64,000 nucleotides of DNA from Camelus ferus (Eukaryota). Numbering within the stretch: the first letter of the stretch is position 1; each line of letters opens with the position of its first letter. The stretch lies in NCBI RefSeq assembly GCF_009834535.1, contig NC_045696.1:93622001-93686000 (forward strand), written 5' to 3'. Below the pieces are notes generated by a model. It ran no database searches. It saw only the letters and a list, made by a program, of their open reading frames with translations, and had not been told where the DNA came from. Positions 63,997-64,000 of this stretch are shown piece after piece. Position numbers and translations under genes: made by a program.

Positions 63997-64000
63997 GAAG

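Overview
This is AT-rich, repeat-dense placental-mammal genomic DNA. Two tRNA-derived SINEs with the Vic-1 layout, and no recognisable Bov-A/BovB, PRE or Alu elements, point to a camelid. I found no protein-coding exon or gene I can name. The listed ORFs are chance ORFs or L1 ORF2 remnants. The only clear host landmark is a CpG island promoter at about 25.5-25.9 kb with a perfect YY1 site and splice donors on both strands. An 88-bp minus-strand exon candidate lies about 0.8 kb away. The window is therefore probably the 5' end and long intron(s) of an unidentified gene or lncRNA, possibly a divergent pair. The rest is L1 (old L1M-type and younger copies), L2, MIR, MaLR/ERV solo LTRs and hAT/Tigger MITEs. 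The most interesting signals are traces of L1-mediated retrotransposition: a likely 3' transduction that splits a MER103-like element, a 12-nt poly(A) micro-retrocopy with a perfect 15-bp TSD, a polyadenylated LTR R-region fragment inside an old L1, and an internally deleted L1 nested in an older L1. I see no convincing novel biological system. Repeat family names come from my recall of consensus sequences, not from a search. Boundaries of old repeats are approximate.
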